Made by a program: the position numbers and the translations under genes. Source: an uncultured Thermoplasmatales archaeon (lineage in GTDB: Archaea > Thermoplasmatota > E2 > DHVEG-1). From it: a DNA stretch of 36,728 nt. Position 1 is the first letter of the stretch, and each line of letters begins with the position of its first letter. The notes below the pieces were generated by a model, which was given only the letters and a program-made list of their open reading frames with translations, ran no database searches and had not been told where the DNA came from. Location of the stretch: the NCBI GenBank assembly GCA_964517155.1, contig CAZFAZ010000085.1, positions 1-36,728 on the forward strand, written 5' to 3'. Below are positions 9,843-19,847 of this stretch, piece by piece.

Positions 9843-11179
9843 ATGAACAAAAAACTATTGTTAGTTTGTCTAATTATCACAATAATCGTTTCAACTAATG
9901 CTGCATCAATAGCAAAAGAAAAAACGAACTTAATTAAAACTAATGTCACAAAATATTGTGAAGAAAAAACATGTCAAGGATATACAATTTTTTCAGATAT
10001 AGGATATAAACCTCTATTAATCGACAGGGGTGAAAATCACATACATGAATGGAATTTATCATGTGATGTTAAAGTAATGCCAGGTGGCATTGCCTTAGGC
10101 CCTGCTGTTTCAAGAGAAGAATACATCTTTGGTCGAGAATATTGTTATGTCGTACAAGAGGTATGGAACGGTGCAGTTGAGCTGAATTTTTCAAGTTGGA
10201 ATAATACCGATTCTGGAAAAATGGTAGCAAGGCAACATCATGATTTTCAAAGAGAAGGAAATCCCGTAGGATATTGTGCACCGGGTCAAGAATTTATTGA
10301 GAATGGTACTACATTGGTTCTCGCACATCAAAATATAAATGTTGATAAAATAAGCAATAAAGAACTCGTTGATGATGTGATATATGAAATTGATTTCAAT
10401 GGAAATTTAACTGGCTTTGAATGACATGCATCTGATCATTTTGACGAGTTTGGATTCAGTAATGCAACCAAAATTGGAATTTATTTATTTCCGGGCCATC
10501 ATCTTTTTATATCTATCCCTCAACTAAGAAATTGGTTTTTTATTAAATACGATTGGTTGCACTTGAATGCCATGTCAAAACTTGGTAAAAACAAATGGTA
10601 TAATGCAGGTGATGAAAGATTTAACCCAGAAAACATTATGATATGCTCACGTCATGCAAATATTATTGCGATAATCTGTAGAGAAACAGGAGAGATAGTA
10701 TGGAAAATCGGTCCTGATTACTCACAAAAAACAGAAGAAGGTAAAAAAATTGGACAGATTGTTGGACCACATCATGCTCATATGATACCTGAGGGATTAC
10801 CTGGAGCAGGAAATATTTTAGTATTTGATAATGGGGGATTTTCTGGATATGGGATACTGGGAATGCCAAATAAATTCAGGTGTTATTCACGCGTTATAGA
10901 GATTAACCCATATACATTAGATATATAGTTTGGGAATATAAAAAAGAAGTGAGCTCTGAAGGGGATCCTAAATTTTTTAGTGCGTTTATTAGTTCAGCTC
11001 AACGTCTTCCAAATGGCAATACACTAATAACTGAAGGAAAGAACAACAGGATATTTGAGGTTACAGTTGATGGAGAGGTTGTTTGGGAATATTTTCATGA
11101 TGATATTATATATAGGGCATATCATGTTCCACCAGAATGGATACCAAACAATCCATCAGGTTATGAAAAGTGGGAATAG
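9843..11179 (+). pseudogene. Secreted arylsulfotransferase (ASST-like beta-propeller), disrupted
   Basis: Signal peptide; ARQHHDFQREGNPVGY, DWLHLNAMS, HHAH, ILVFDNGG, SSAQRLPNGNTLITEG. In-frame TGA at 10422-10424 (FE*HASDHF, Trp expected) and a 2-bp extra TA near 10921-10927 (gat ata [ta] gtt tgg gaa tat). Repairing both joins three ORF-track fragments. Confidence 0.85.
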
Positions 11180-11230
11180 CACAATCTTTGTCTATATACC
11201 CTGAAGTACCCAGTATCATCTTAAAAAAGA

Positions 11231-11818
11231 TTATTTTCCTCTATTTTGATGAGCGCGAATGCTAGGTCTTACTTTTTCAGCACCACGGCCTTTTTTATGT
11301 AATCCTCGTCCTCTTTGTCCAGCACTTGTTTTACCGCGCATTACTCGTCTTTTGTTTGATACATCTGTAATCCAGTTTATTTTTGGATCTTTCATAATAG
11401 ATGGATGAACAGGATCTACTAGTATTACTTCATAAAAATAGTTTTTACCATCATCTCCAACCCAATAGCTGTTAAGTACTTCCATGTTTGGATAGCGTTT
11501 TGCGGTTCTTTCTTCTGCAAGTCTTTGCGTGTTTTTACCCATTGTAATTTTAGAAATACCTTTTGCAGAGGGTTTTCTTCCTTTTCTAATAGTCGGCTTT
11601 CTAAGCCCTCCACGTCGTACGTGAGCACGTACAACTGTATAACCTATTTTTGCTTTGTATCCAAGACTTCGGGCTCTATCGATGCGCGTTGGTTTTTGAA
11701 TTCTTGAAAAATTTTCTTCTTTTCTCCACTGTATAAGTCTTTGTTGTTGTGGAGATTGAAAGGATACATCTGGTTTTTTCCATTGATCCCCGACATAGTC
11801 GTACATACTTTTAACCAT
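11231..11818 (-). CDS. rpl15e: 50S ribosomal protein L15e
   Basis: PTRIDRARSLGYKAK, AEER..KRYPNMEVLNSYWVG, EVILVDP, RGKTSAG. Confidence 0.98.
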   Translation of the reverse strand: MVKSMYDYVGDQWKKPDVSFQSPQQQRLIQWRKEENFSRIQKPTRIDRARSLGYKAKIGYTVVRAHVRRGGLRKPTIRKGRKPSAKGISKITMGKNTQRLAEERTAKRYPNMEVLNSYWVGDDGKNYFYEVILVDPVHPSIMKDPKINWITDVSNKRRVMRGKTSAGQRGRGLHKKGRGAEKVRPSIRAHQNRGK

Positions 11819-11950
11819 AAATATTACACCTTAGTTCTCTGTTGGTAGAGACGTAGGAAGGAAGATTATTATTTAAAACTTTTCCTCCATTATTTATTTA
11901 CTCAAAGTTTATAAGAGTATTTATAATTCAACGGCTGGGGATAAACTGTT

Positions 11951-13255
11951 ATGGATTTCATGTTTGATAAAAAAATTGAAACAATGTCTCATGATAAAAT
12001 CAAAGAGTTGCAGCTTAAGAGACTCAAAGAAACAGTTTATAGGGTTTATGATAACGTACCTTTTTATCAGAAAAAATTCAAAGAATTAAATGTTAAACCC
12101 AGTGATATTAAAACTCTTGCAGATGTCCGCAAGCTTCCTTTTACAACTAAAAATGATCTTAGGGATAATGCGCCTTTTGATATGATGGCTGTTTCTTTGG
12201 ATAATTGTATCGAGCTTCATGCTTCATCTGGTACTACAGGTATTCCTGTTACTGCTTGTTATACGCCTCATGATATCAATGTTTGGTCTGAAGTAATGGC
12301 TCGTTGTCTATCTATGAGTGGTCTTACTAAAAAAGATGTTTTTCAAAATCCTATTCCATATGGTACTTTTACTGGTGCTTTTGGTTTTCATTATGGTGCG
12401 CAAAAAGTTGGTGCCATGGTTGTTCCAACAGGCATGGGCCAATCTGAGCGTCAGTTAAAAGTTATGGAGTATTACGGTGCAACATTTATCAGCGGTGTTG
12501 CAAGTTATGCTATGCGTCTTTCACAGGTCGCCCATGATATTGGCATGGATTTACATAAACTTAAGGTGCGTAATGGTTTGTTTGGTGCTGAAATTTTTAC
12601 ACCTGGGTTAAAAAAACGTATTTGTGATGCATGGAATATGGATGTTCATGATATTTATGGTCTCACTGAGATGTGCGGCCCTGGTGTATCTACTGATTGT
12701 GATATGCATGATGGACTTCATTTATGGGAGGATCATTTCCTTGTTGAAGTGTTAGACCCTATTACTTTTGAACCAGTGGGCCCTGAGGAAGAAGGCGAGA
12801 TGGTTCTTACGACTCTTACTAAAGAAGGCATGCCCCTATTGCGTTATCGTACTCGTGATCTTACAAAGCTTTATGATATAACTGTCTGTGATTGCGGCAG
12901 AACTCATGTTAAGCATACTAATATTAAAGCTCGCTCTGATGATATGGTGATTATTCGTGGCACTAATATTTATCCTGGTCAAATTGAATCTGTTCTTATG
13001 AAGGATGATAAAGTTGGTGGTAACTGGCGTATGGTTTTATCAACAGATGATAATGATATGGATCAGTTAACTGTTGAAGTTGAAACTAAGAATCTGCTTA
13101 GTCAAAATGATGTCGCAGCTCTTGCACAGAAACTATGCAATGAAATTAAAAGTGTTATTGTTTTTACACCAAAAGTTTCTGTTTTGCCCCCTAATGGTAT
13201 ACTGCAGGAAGGTTTAAAAGCAAAACGTGTTCTTGACAATAGGAAAAAGGATTGA
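11951..13255 (+). CDS. paaK: Phenylacetate--CoA ligase family protein
   Basis: LPFTTKNDLR, HASSGTTG, DIYGLTEMCGPG, PLLRYRTRD, RSDDMVIIRGTNIYP. Confidence 0.92.
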   Translation: MDFMFDKKIETMSHDKIKELQLKRLKETVYRVYDNVPFYQKKFKELNVKPSDIKTLADVRKLPFTTKNDLRDNAPFDMMAVSLDNCIELHASSGTTGIPVTACYTPHDINVWSEVMARCLSMSGLTKKDVFQNPIPYGTFTGAFGFHYGAQKVGAMVVPTGMGQSERQLKVMEYYGATFISGVASYAMRLSQVAHDIGMDLHKLKVRNGLFGAEIFTPGLKKRICDAWNMDVHDIYGLTEMCGPGVSTDCDMHDGLHLWEDHFLVEVLDPITFEPVGPEEEGEMVLTTLTKEGMPLLRYRTRDLTKLYDITVCDCGRTHVKHTNIKARSDDMVIIRGTNIYPGQIESVLMKDDKVGGNWRMVLSTDDNDMDQLTVEVETKNLLSQNDVAALAQKLCNEIKSVIVFTPKVSVLPPNGILQEGLKAKRVLDNRKKD

Positions 13256-13256
13256 T

Positions 13257-13913
13257 ATGAACAAGAAAGTAAAAGAGCTTGTTAAAAGAAAAGGGGCTCT
13301 TGCCGAAAATGAAGTAAAGGATTTAATGAAAGAATATGGCATTAAAACGACTAAGTATAAAGTTGTAAATAAAGAAAGTGATCTTGATGCTCTTGGTCTT
13401 AACTTTCCTGTAGCTCTAAAGGTTTGTTCTAGTAAAATTCTTCATAAAACAGATGTAGGTGGCGTAAAACTTGGTATAAAAGACAAAGGTGAACTTTTAA
13501 AGACGTTCAAAGAGTTTAAAAAGAAGTTCCCAAATGAAAATTTACTTGTTGATCAGATGGAGGAGAAAGGTGTTGAGATAATTGTAGGTCTTGTACAAGA
13601 CCCAACTTTTGGCCTTTCTATTATGGCAGGTATCGGAGGTATTTATACTGAGCTTTATAAGGATGTATCATTTCGTGTTGTCCCTTTAGAACGAGTTGAT
13701 GCAGAGGAGATGATTGAGGAGATTAAAGGTAAAAAACTTCTGGAGGGTTTTAGAAATATTCCTGCAGATAAAGAACTTGTAATTGATTTAATTGTAAAAG
13801 TTTCAAAAATAGGGCAAGAACTCATGAATCATGTTGATCAAATGGATTTGAACCCTGTTTTTGTATATAAAGATGATATTTGTGTCGTTGATGCAAAAAT
13901 GATATTAAAATAA
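13257..13913 (+). CDS. ADP-forming acyl-CoA synthetase beta subunit (ATP-grasp)
   Basis: FPVALKVCS..ILHKTDVGGV, QDPTFG, GIGGIYTELYKDVSFR, MDLNP, VDA. ATG at 13257 follows the paaK stop. Confidence 0.9.
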   Translation: MNKKVKELVKRKGALAENEVKDLMKEYGIKTTKYKVVNKESDLDALGLNFPVALKVCSSKILHKTDVGGVKLGIKDKGELLKTFKEFKKKFPNENLLVDQMEEKGVEIIVGLVQDPTFGLSIMAGIGGIYTELYKDVSFRVVPLERVDAEEMIEEIKGKKLLEGFRNIPADKELVIDLIVKVSKIGQELMNHVDQMDLNPVFVYKDDICVVDAKMILK

Positions 13914-13929
13914 AGTTTAGGTGTGAGTT

Positions 13930-15345
13930 ATGATGGCAAAAACAATTGAGTATAAAATTAAGGATATTAAACTTGCAGATTGGGGTCGAAAGGAAATTGA
14001 GATTTCTGAGCATGAAATGCCTGGTCTTATGGCTACTCGTGAAAAATATGGTCCTAAAAAAGCATTGAAAAACGCTCGTATAACTGGTAGTCTTCATATG
14101 ACTATCCAGACTGCGGTTCTCATTGAGACTTTAAAAGAGCTTGGCGCTGATGTTCGTTGGGCTAGCTGTAATATATTCTCAACTCAGGATCATGCAGCCG
14201 CAGCAATTGTTAAATCTGGTACTCCTGTTTTTGCTTGGAAAGGTGAAAATCTTAAAGATTACTGGTGGTGTACAAGCAAAGCTTTGGATTTTGGTGACGG
14301 TAAAGGTCCTAATTTGATAGTGGATGATGGTGGCGATGCTACTCTTATGGTTCATAAGGGTTATGAAGTTGAAGAAAACCCAGGTTTGCTTGATAAAAAT
14401 TATAGTTATGAGCCTGAAGATGTAAGGGAGCTTATGGCTTGTTTAAAAGAGATTTATAAAAAAGATCCTGCTCGTTGGCATCGTATTGCAAAAGAGATAA
14501 AAGGTGTTTCTGAGGAGACTACTACGGGTGTTCATAGGCTTTATCAGATGAAAAAAGAAGGTAGTCTTTTGTTTCCCGCATTTAACGTTAATGATAGTGT
14601 TACTAAGAGTAAATTTGATAATTTGTATGGTTGTCGTGAGAGTCTTGCTGATGGTATTAAGCGTGCGACTGATGTAATGGTTGCTGGTAAAGTTGTTGTT
14701 GTCTGTGGTTATGGTGATGTCGGCAAAGGCTGTGCTCAGAGTATGCGTGGTTTTGGTGCTCGTGTAATTGTTACTGAAATTGACCCGATTTGTGCATTGC
14801 AGGCAGCTATGGAAGGCTATGAAGTTACAACTATTGAAGATGCTCTTTCTGAAGGCGATATTTTTGTTACTTCTACGGGTAATTGTGATGTTATTACTGC
14901 TGAGCATATGAAGAATATGAAGGATCAGGCTATTGTCTGTAACATTGGTCATTTTGATAATGAGATTCAGGTTGAAAAGTTAAATAAGATTCCCGGAATT
15001 AAAAAGATTAATATCAAACCTCAGGTCGATAAATATGTTTTTGCCGATGGTCATGAAATATTTTTGCTTGCGGAAGGTCGTCTTGTGAATCTTGGTTGTG
15101 CGACGGGTCATCCAAGTTTTGTTATGAGTAATAGTTTTACTAATCAGTGTCTAGCACAAATTGAGCTTTGGAATAATAAGTATGATATTGGTGTGTATAT
15201 GCTTCCTAAAGTTTTGGATGAGGAAGTGGCAAGATTGCATCTAAAAAAGCTTGGTATTAAACTTTCTAAGCTTTCCAAGAAGCAAGCAGATTATATCGGT
15301 GTTTCTGTCGAGGGTCCGTATAAACCTGAGCATTATCGGTATTAG
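13930..15345 (+). CDS. ahcY: Adenosylhomocysteinase
   Basis: [70 protein letters not shown]-terminus [10 protein letters not shown]. Confidence 0.98.
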   Translation: MMAKTIEYKIKDIKLADWGRKEIEISEHEMPGLMATREKYGPKKALKNARITGSLHMTIQTAVLIETLKELGADVRWASCNIFSTQDHAAAAIVKSGTPVFAWKGENLKDYWWCTSKALDFGDGKGPNLIVDDGGDATLMVHKGYEVEENPGLLDKNYSYEPEDVRELMACLKEIYKKDPARWHRIAKEIKGVSEETTTGVHRLYQMKKEGSLLFPAFNVNDSVTKSKFDNLYGCRESLADGIKRATDVMVAGKVVVVCGYGDVGKGCAQSMRGFGARVIVTEIDPICALQAAMEGYEVTTIEDALSEGDIFVTSTGNCDVITAEHMKNMKDQAIVCNIGHFDNEIQVEKLNKIPGIKKINIKPQVDKYVFADGHEIFLLAEGRLVNLGCATGHPSFVMSNSFTNQCLAQIELWNNKYDIGVYMLPKVLDEEVARLHLKKLGIKLSKLSKKQADYIGVSVEGPYKPEHYRY

Positions 15346-15580
15346 TCAAAGAAAAATAAAAGGGTTTTAGATAAGTCCTATTTCTTTTTGTATTTCTATC
15401 CATGCAAGGGATAGTTCATTTATTTTATAATCATCTATTACCTTTCCCATAATATATATTTTGTAAAACATAGTATATAACATTGACGATTTATTTATCG
15501 TCTATAAACGTAAAAATATAGTAATTATGATAAGGAATATTACTAAATCATTAACTTTTAACTAAAAATATTGATTTGAA

Positions 15581-16528
15581 CTAGTTTTTGTAAACTCCGA
15601 ATAACTTTAATATTAACGTCGCCAGATTTATTATAAATGGTATAAGAGGAATGATGGATTTTGATAGTATAAAAAGGAAGAGGAAAATTGCTTGTTCCCA
15701 TAAAAAAACGCTTATACTTATCAATAAACCTATCTGAGCAGGTTTAGTGTATATCTTTGAAAAAAAGAAAAACGGAGAACAAATAAGTATAGATATTGTT
15801 ATAAAGGAATCAATTCCAACAAAAAAAATCGATAGAAATAAAGATAAGAAAAAAAGGATTATTCCAATGTTGACAGAGTTATTATAGCCTAATATCACAC
15901 ATGAGCTCTTCAGACCATATTTTTTTTCCTCATCTACGTCAATAATAATTACGTCAAATAAAAGATGGACGCTTATAATAACTAACCCAAAAATAAAGCC
16001 ATAGACAAAAAACATATTTGATATAAAACCGTTAGTAAGCCATCCTAAAAAGAAAGGTAGTGTAGAAAATTCCAATGCTAACATAACTAAATCAAATGGT
16101 GCTCTTCCTTTGCATCTTAAAGGCGGTACAGAATAAAAAATGATGCTAAAGATTATCAACAAACCCATAAAAAATGTATAAATATTTATTAAAAAAAGAA
16201 TAAAAAGACTGATAAAAATTAAGACAAAAGTCACTAAAGATAATTCTCTTATTGAAATGTAATCCCAAAAATCGATTAATCCAATCTTTTTTTTACCAGC
16301 GGCTTGATCAAGATTTTTATCGAAAATATGATTGATATACGAGCCTGAAGACATCAATCCTGAAAGAGATAAAAGCCCAATTATTGTTTGAAAGAGAGGT
16401 ATTTTTTCTACAGATAACCATTCTCCTAGTAAAAAGAATGCAACAGTTATTATCAACAGCTCAAATCTAGCTGCTTTTAAAAAATAGTAAAGTTTCATAC
16501 CGAATTTATTGACTTTTGTTTTTTCCAT
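15581..16528 (-). CDS. UbiA-family prenyltransferase (integral membrane)
   Basis: NHIFDKNLD (NxxxDxxxD), YSVPPLRCK, second acidic motif DVDEEKKYG; many hydrophobic helices. Confidence 0.85.
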   Translation of the reverse strand: MEKTKVNKFGMKLYYFLKAARFELLIITVAFFLLGEWLSVEKIPLFQTIIGLLSLSGLMSSGSYINHIFDKNLDQAAGKKKIGLIDFWDYISIRELSLVTFVLIFISLFILFLINIYTFFMGLLIIFSIIFYSVPPLRCKGRAPFDLVMLALEFSTLPFFLGWLTNGFISNMFFVYGFIFGLVIISVHLLFDVIIIDVDEEKKYGLKSSCVILGYNNSVNIGIILFFLSLFLSIFFVGIDSFITISILICSPFFFFSKIYTKPAQIGLLISISVFLWEQAIFLFLFILSKSIIPLIPFIINLATLILKLFGVYKN

Positions 16529-16876
16529 CTTGCAAGAATAGCATATGGTTTTTATGATTTTAAATTAATTACAAAAGAATTAATATATATTCCGCAGCAA
16601 AGTGATTTTATAATATTTTATAAGGATTTTGAAGATTTATAGGCGTATATTTGTAAAAATATGATTAAATTTAAATAATTGATGGTGAATTAGTAATACA
16701 GGTGTATAAAAGATGTTAAATATATTACCAGCAAGCGAAATGTGGTCTTGCATATTCGAAAAATCATTAAAAAAGAAAAAATAATTAAATTTTTTTTCTT
16801 TTTGTATATTAATCAAATATATTTTTTAGTATAGTAACAATTAAATAAGTGATTTTATATAATATTGGCAGTTATT

Positions 16877-17785
16877 ATGAGCAAAGCTAAAAATTTCTTA
16901 ACTTTTTTTGCTATTTTGTTGATTATTGGATTAAATTTTATATCTGTTTTATCTGGAGAAGAAAGTTGTGTTAGTGATTTTAACCAAAAAGAACATTGGG
17001 TTATAATCGTCTCAGGTGGCGGTGAAGATGACCCTGGAAAAATGGCTGCAGGGCCTGGACCTGCACAAAATACTTCGTTACATGCTTACAATACCTTCAA
17101 AAGTCTTGGTTATGATGATGAACATATCTTGTATTTACATGATAGAAATACATCAATTCCTGGTGTAGATGGATTGTCAAATAAATCTATGCTAGAATAT
17201 GCAATAAAAGGTTGGTTATCAGAAAAAGCTGATTTCAATGATGAATGCTGCATATATATTATTGCACATGGTCGTTTTAGATCAATTAAGTACAATCTAA
17301 AGGCATCTTTTACGGTATGGAATGAATCATCAGAAGAAAAGGAGCGCGTTTTTGATGATGAATTTGCAGAATGGATAGATACTGTTCAACCTGATATTTT
17401 AACGGTTGTATTGGACTCATGTTTTTCAGGAAGTTTCATTAGAGCTTTGAGCAAAAACAATAGAATTATAATAACTTGTACTTCACAATTTACTCCAAGT
17501 ATTGCAATTGATGAAACTGTTTTTTCATTTTATTTTCTTAATAAATTAGTGGAAAATGTTACATATGCTGAAGCGTGGGAGTATGCTGATCATCAACTTT
17601 TTGGTTTAAATGAAACTGAAAAAACATTACCCATTTTAGATAAATTATCTATTTTGTCTGGGAAATTAATTATGAGTCCCCAGATAGACGATAATGGTGA
17701 TGGCATTGGGCACGGTAGAGCTTTTTTTAAAGACAAATTACCAATAAAAAATGATGGATTGTTAGCAAAATCAACTTATCCATAA
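16877..17785 (+). CDS. Secreted clan CD cysteine peptidase (C13 legumain / caspase-like)
   Basis: Signal peptide; IYIIAHG and VLDSCFSGSFI give the His-Cys dyad; PQIDDNGDG at the C-terminus. Confidence 0.82.
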   Translation: MSKAKNFLTFFAILLIIGLNFISVLSGEESCVSDFNQKEHWVIIVSGGGEDDPGKMAAGPGPAQNTSLHAYNTFKSLGYDDEHILYLHDRNTSIPGVDGLSNKSMLEYAIKGWLSEKADFNDECCIYIIAHGRFRSIKYNLKASFTVWNESSEEKERVFDDEFAEWIDTVQPDILTVVLDSCFSGSFIRALSKNNRIIITCTSQFTPSIAIDETVFSFYFLNKLVENVTYAEAWEYADHQLFGLNETEKTLPILDKLSILSGKLIMSPQIDDNGDGIGHGRAFFKDKLPIKNDGLLAKSTYP

Positions 17786-17799
17786 TTAATGATTAAATT

Positions 17800-18825
17800 C
17801 TAAGCACTATCTTCGAGTCTATCGAGTATTTTTCTTAATGTAGTATAATATAAATGATATTTGATAAAAAATAAATCTTTCTTAAATGCTAATTTAAATA
17901 AACTTAGAATTCTCTGCTTAAAAGCTTCTTCCTCTTCTTTAGTTAGTGGTTTTTTTATAGCAATAGTATCTATTGAAAGTTTTTTGTCTTCATCTACATC
18001 TAGTTTATCATCTAAATACTGAGAGAATGCGCCTATTTCATACAAGAATTGTCTTCTCCAAAAATATTTATTATTTGAATTATCTTTGATTTTATTCAAA
18101 TCATCAATAGAACATTTAGAATATATGTATATGTCTTCTTTTGAAATTGATGGTAGCTTACTATCTGTAATGTAGCCAGCCAATAGAGCAGTGTATCCTC
18201 CTTTATCCGCTGATATTTTTCTTAGGTTTTCTTCTGTAAGATTTTTTCTATAATTTTGATGTAAATGGTAATTCTGAAGAGCTTAAATGTTTTGTAAACA
18301 AAGAGCATAATTTTTCTTTTGTTCTTCAGCCTCATTCATAAGAAAGATTGTCTTGCAATATAATTGAAAAGCTAACTTTGCAAGAGAATAATAATTACTT
18401 GTATTAGAATTATTTTTGTATAAACTAATATGATACTTTTTTTCAAAATAATTGTTATAATAATCTATATCAAACGAACCTTCTATAGTTGATTTTAATA
18501 TATTCGATGTAAACTCAGTAAATTTTGATATTTCTTGTGTAGAGCAATGATCAAAAATATCATCAACAACAATCATTAGAGCACCTACATATATTGTAAT
18601 TTTAAATTCATATTCCTGCATTTTATGATTAATTAGACTTGCATATATAGCGGTTAAGTTTCTACTAGCTAATCCACCTGCAATTATCCTAAAATAGATT
18701 AATTCGTAAATATCTGATTTGATTTTGTCATTAGATTTAATAAGTAAATCTGGAAAAGCCCCATTTATTATGGGATCTAATATTTTTGATACATCAATTT
18801 TTCTCACTTTTCTGTACTTAAGCAT
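17800..18825 (-). pseudogene. Class I isoprenoid synthase-fold protein interrupted by one in-frame TAA
   Basis: ORFs 18283-18825 and 17800-18183 are in the same frame and the gap translates openly (NI*ALQNYHLHQ...SADKGGYTALL). Motifs VDDIFD, KGG and QYLDDKLDVDED occur in prenyl-synthase order. Confidence 0.65.
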
Positions 18826-18928
18826 AATCTGTTACACTAATGTTTGTTTTGGTTTTAAATATTAAGTTTCTTTGGAAATTAGTCAGACAATATTTAAAAA
18901 TATAAGGCCTTATATTCAGGAACCTAAG

Positions 18929-19660
18929 ATGATAACACTTATAGGAACAGGACATGTATTTGATTTAAGCAAACAAATAACAGAGATATTTAATCAAAAA
19001 CAGCCAGATATATTATGCGTAGAACTAGATAACCAAAGATATCAAGGCCTTATGCTTAAACAAACAAATCCAGAAAAATACGAGCAAGCAAGTAAAGATC
19101 AGCCTATAATATACAAACTACTTGCAAGATTTCAGAATAATCTAGCAAAAGAATACGGCGTACAAGCCGGTCAAGAAATGATAACTACTATAGAATATGC
19201 ACAAAGCCATCAGATACCACTTGCATTTATTGATATGAATGCACAAAATATGTTTTCAAAAATGCTTAAAAAAATGAGCATGAAAGAAAAAATAAAAATC
19301 ATGTTCTCAGGAATAGGTGGATTTTTCATAAGTAAAAAAAGAGTGGAAAAAGAGCTTGACAATATTCAAGAAAACTTTGATGTTTATATAAATGAAATAG
19401 GAAAAAAATTCCCAACGATAAAACGTGTTTTAATAGATGAAAGAAATGCATTTATGATGCAGCATTTAATATCTGCAAGTGAAAAATATGAAAAAATAAT
19501 TGCAGTAGTCGGAGATGGACACATCCCCGGTCTTGTTGATCTTTTGAAGAAAAAAGGTATAACATATGAAACAATAAGATTAAATGAAATTAAAGATAAA
19601 AAGGTTGAAGTTGATGATGCATCAACTGCTTCTTTTTCAATTGAACATAAACAATTTTAA
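18929..19660 (+). CDS. TraB/PrgY family protein
   Basis: LIGTGHV, CVELD..R, GQEM, LIDERN..M, VVGDGHIPG. ATG at 18929 preferred. Confidence 0.9.
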   Translation: MITLIGTGHVFDLSKQITEIFNQKQPDILCVELDNQRYQGLMLKQTNPEKYEQASKDQPIIYKLLARFQNNLAKEYGVQAGQEMITTIEYAQSHQIPLAFIDMNAQNMFSKMLKKMSMKEKIKIMFSGIGGFFISKKRVEKELDNIQENFDVYINEIGKKFPTIKRVLIDERNAFMMQHLISASEKYEKIIAVVGDGHIPGLVDLLKKKGITYETIRLNEIKDKKVEVDDASTASFSIEHKQF

Positions 19661-19700
19661 AAAATACTTACTTATGCAGTATCTTAAATTAATTTAAAAT

Positions 19701-19775
19701 GGGCTTGTAGCCTAGCCTGGATTGGGCGGCAGTCTCCTAAGCTGCAGATCGCGGGTTCAAATCTTGTTAATTCCA
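19701..19775 (+). pseudogene. Diverged duplicate of tRNA-Arg(CCT) (pseudo-tRNA or att remnant)
   Basis: 66/75 identical to 20972-21046, including a 53-nt identical run at 19706-19758; 8 of the 9 differences lie in the last 17 nt. Confidence 0.88.
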
Positions 19776-19847
19776 TTAATTTTTTTAAATTACAAAATAT
19801 TAATATTGTCTTTTGCTTTTTGTTCTTGTTGTTAGGGGATTTATTGT

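Noticed and set aside
10422..10424. TGA recoded as Trp or Sec
   Set aside because: TGA is the normal stop of paaK (13253-13255) and other genes here, TGG is used widely, the expected residue is Trp rather than Cys, and the same gene also has a frameshift.
10926..10928. Pyrrolysine read-through of TAG
   Set aside because: The homologous-looking sequence (VWEY) continues in a different frame, so the TAG results from a 2-bp insertion.
16529..16864. Short ORF from 16713 and weak atatatt-c-cagca similarities (16585, 16720, also 9785)
   Set aside because: Within chance expectation for very AT-rich intergenic DNA.
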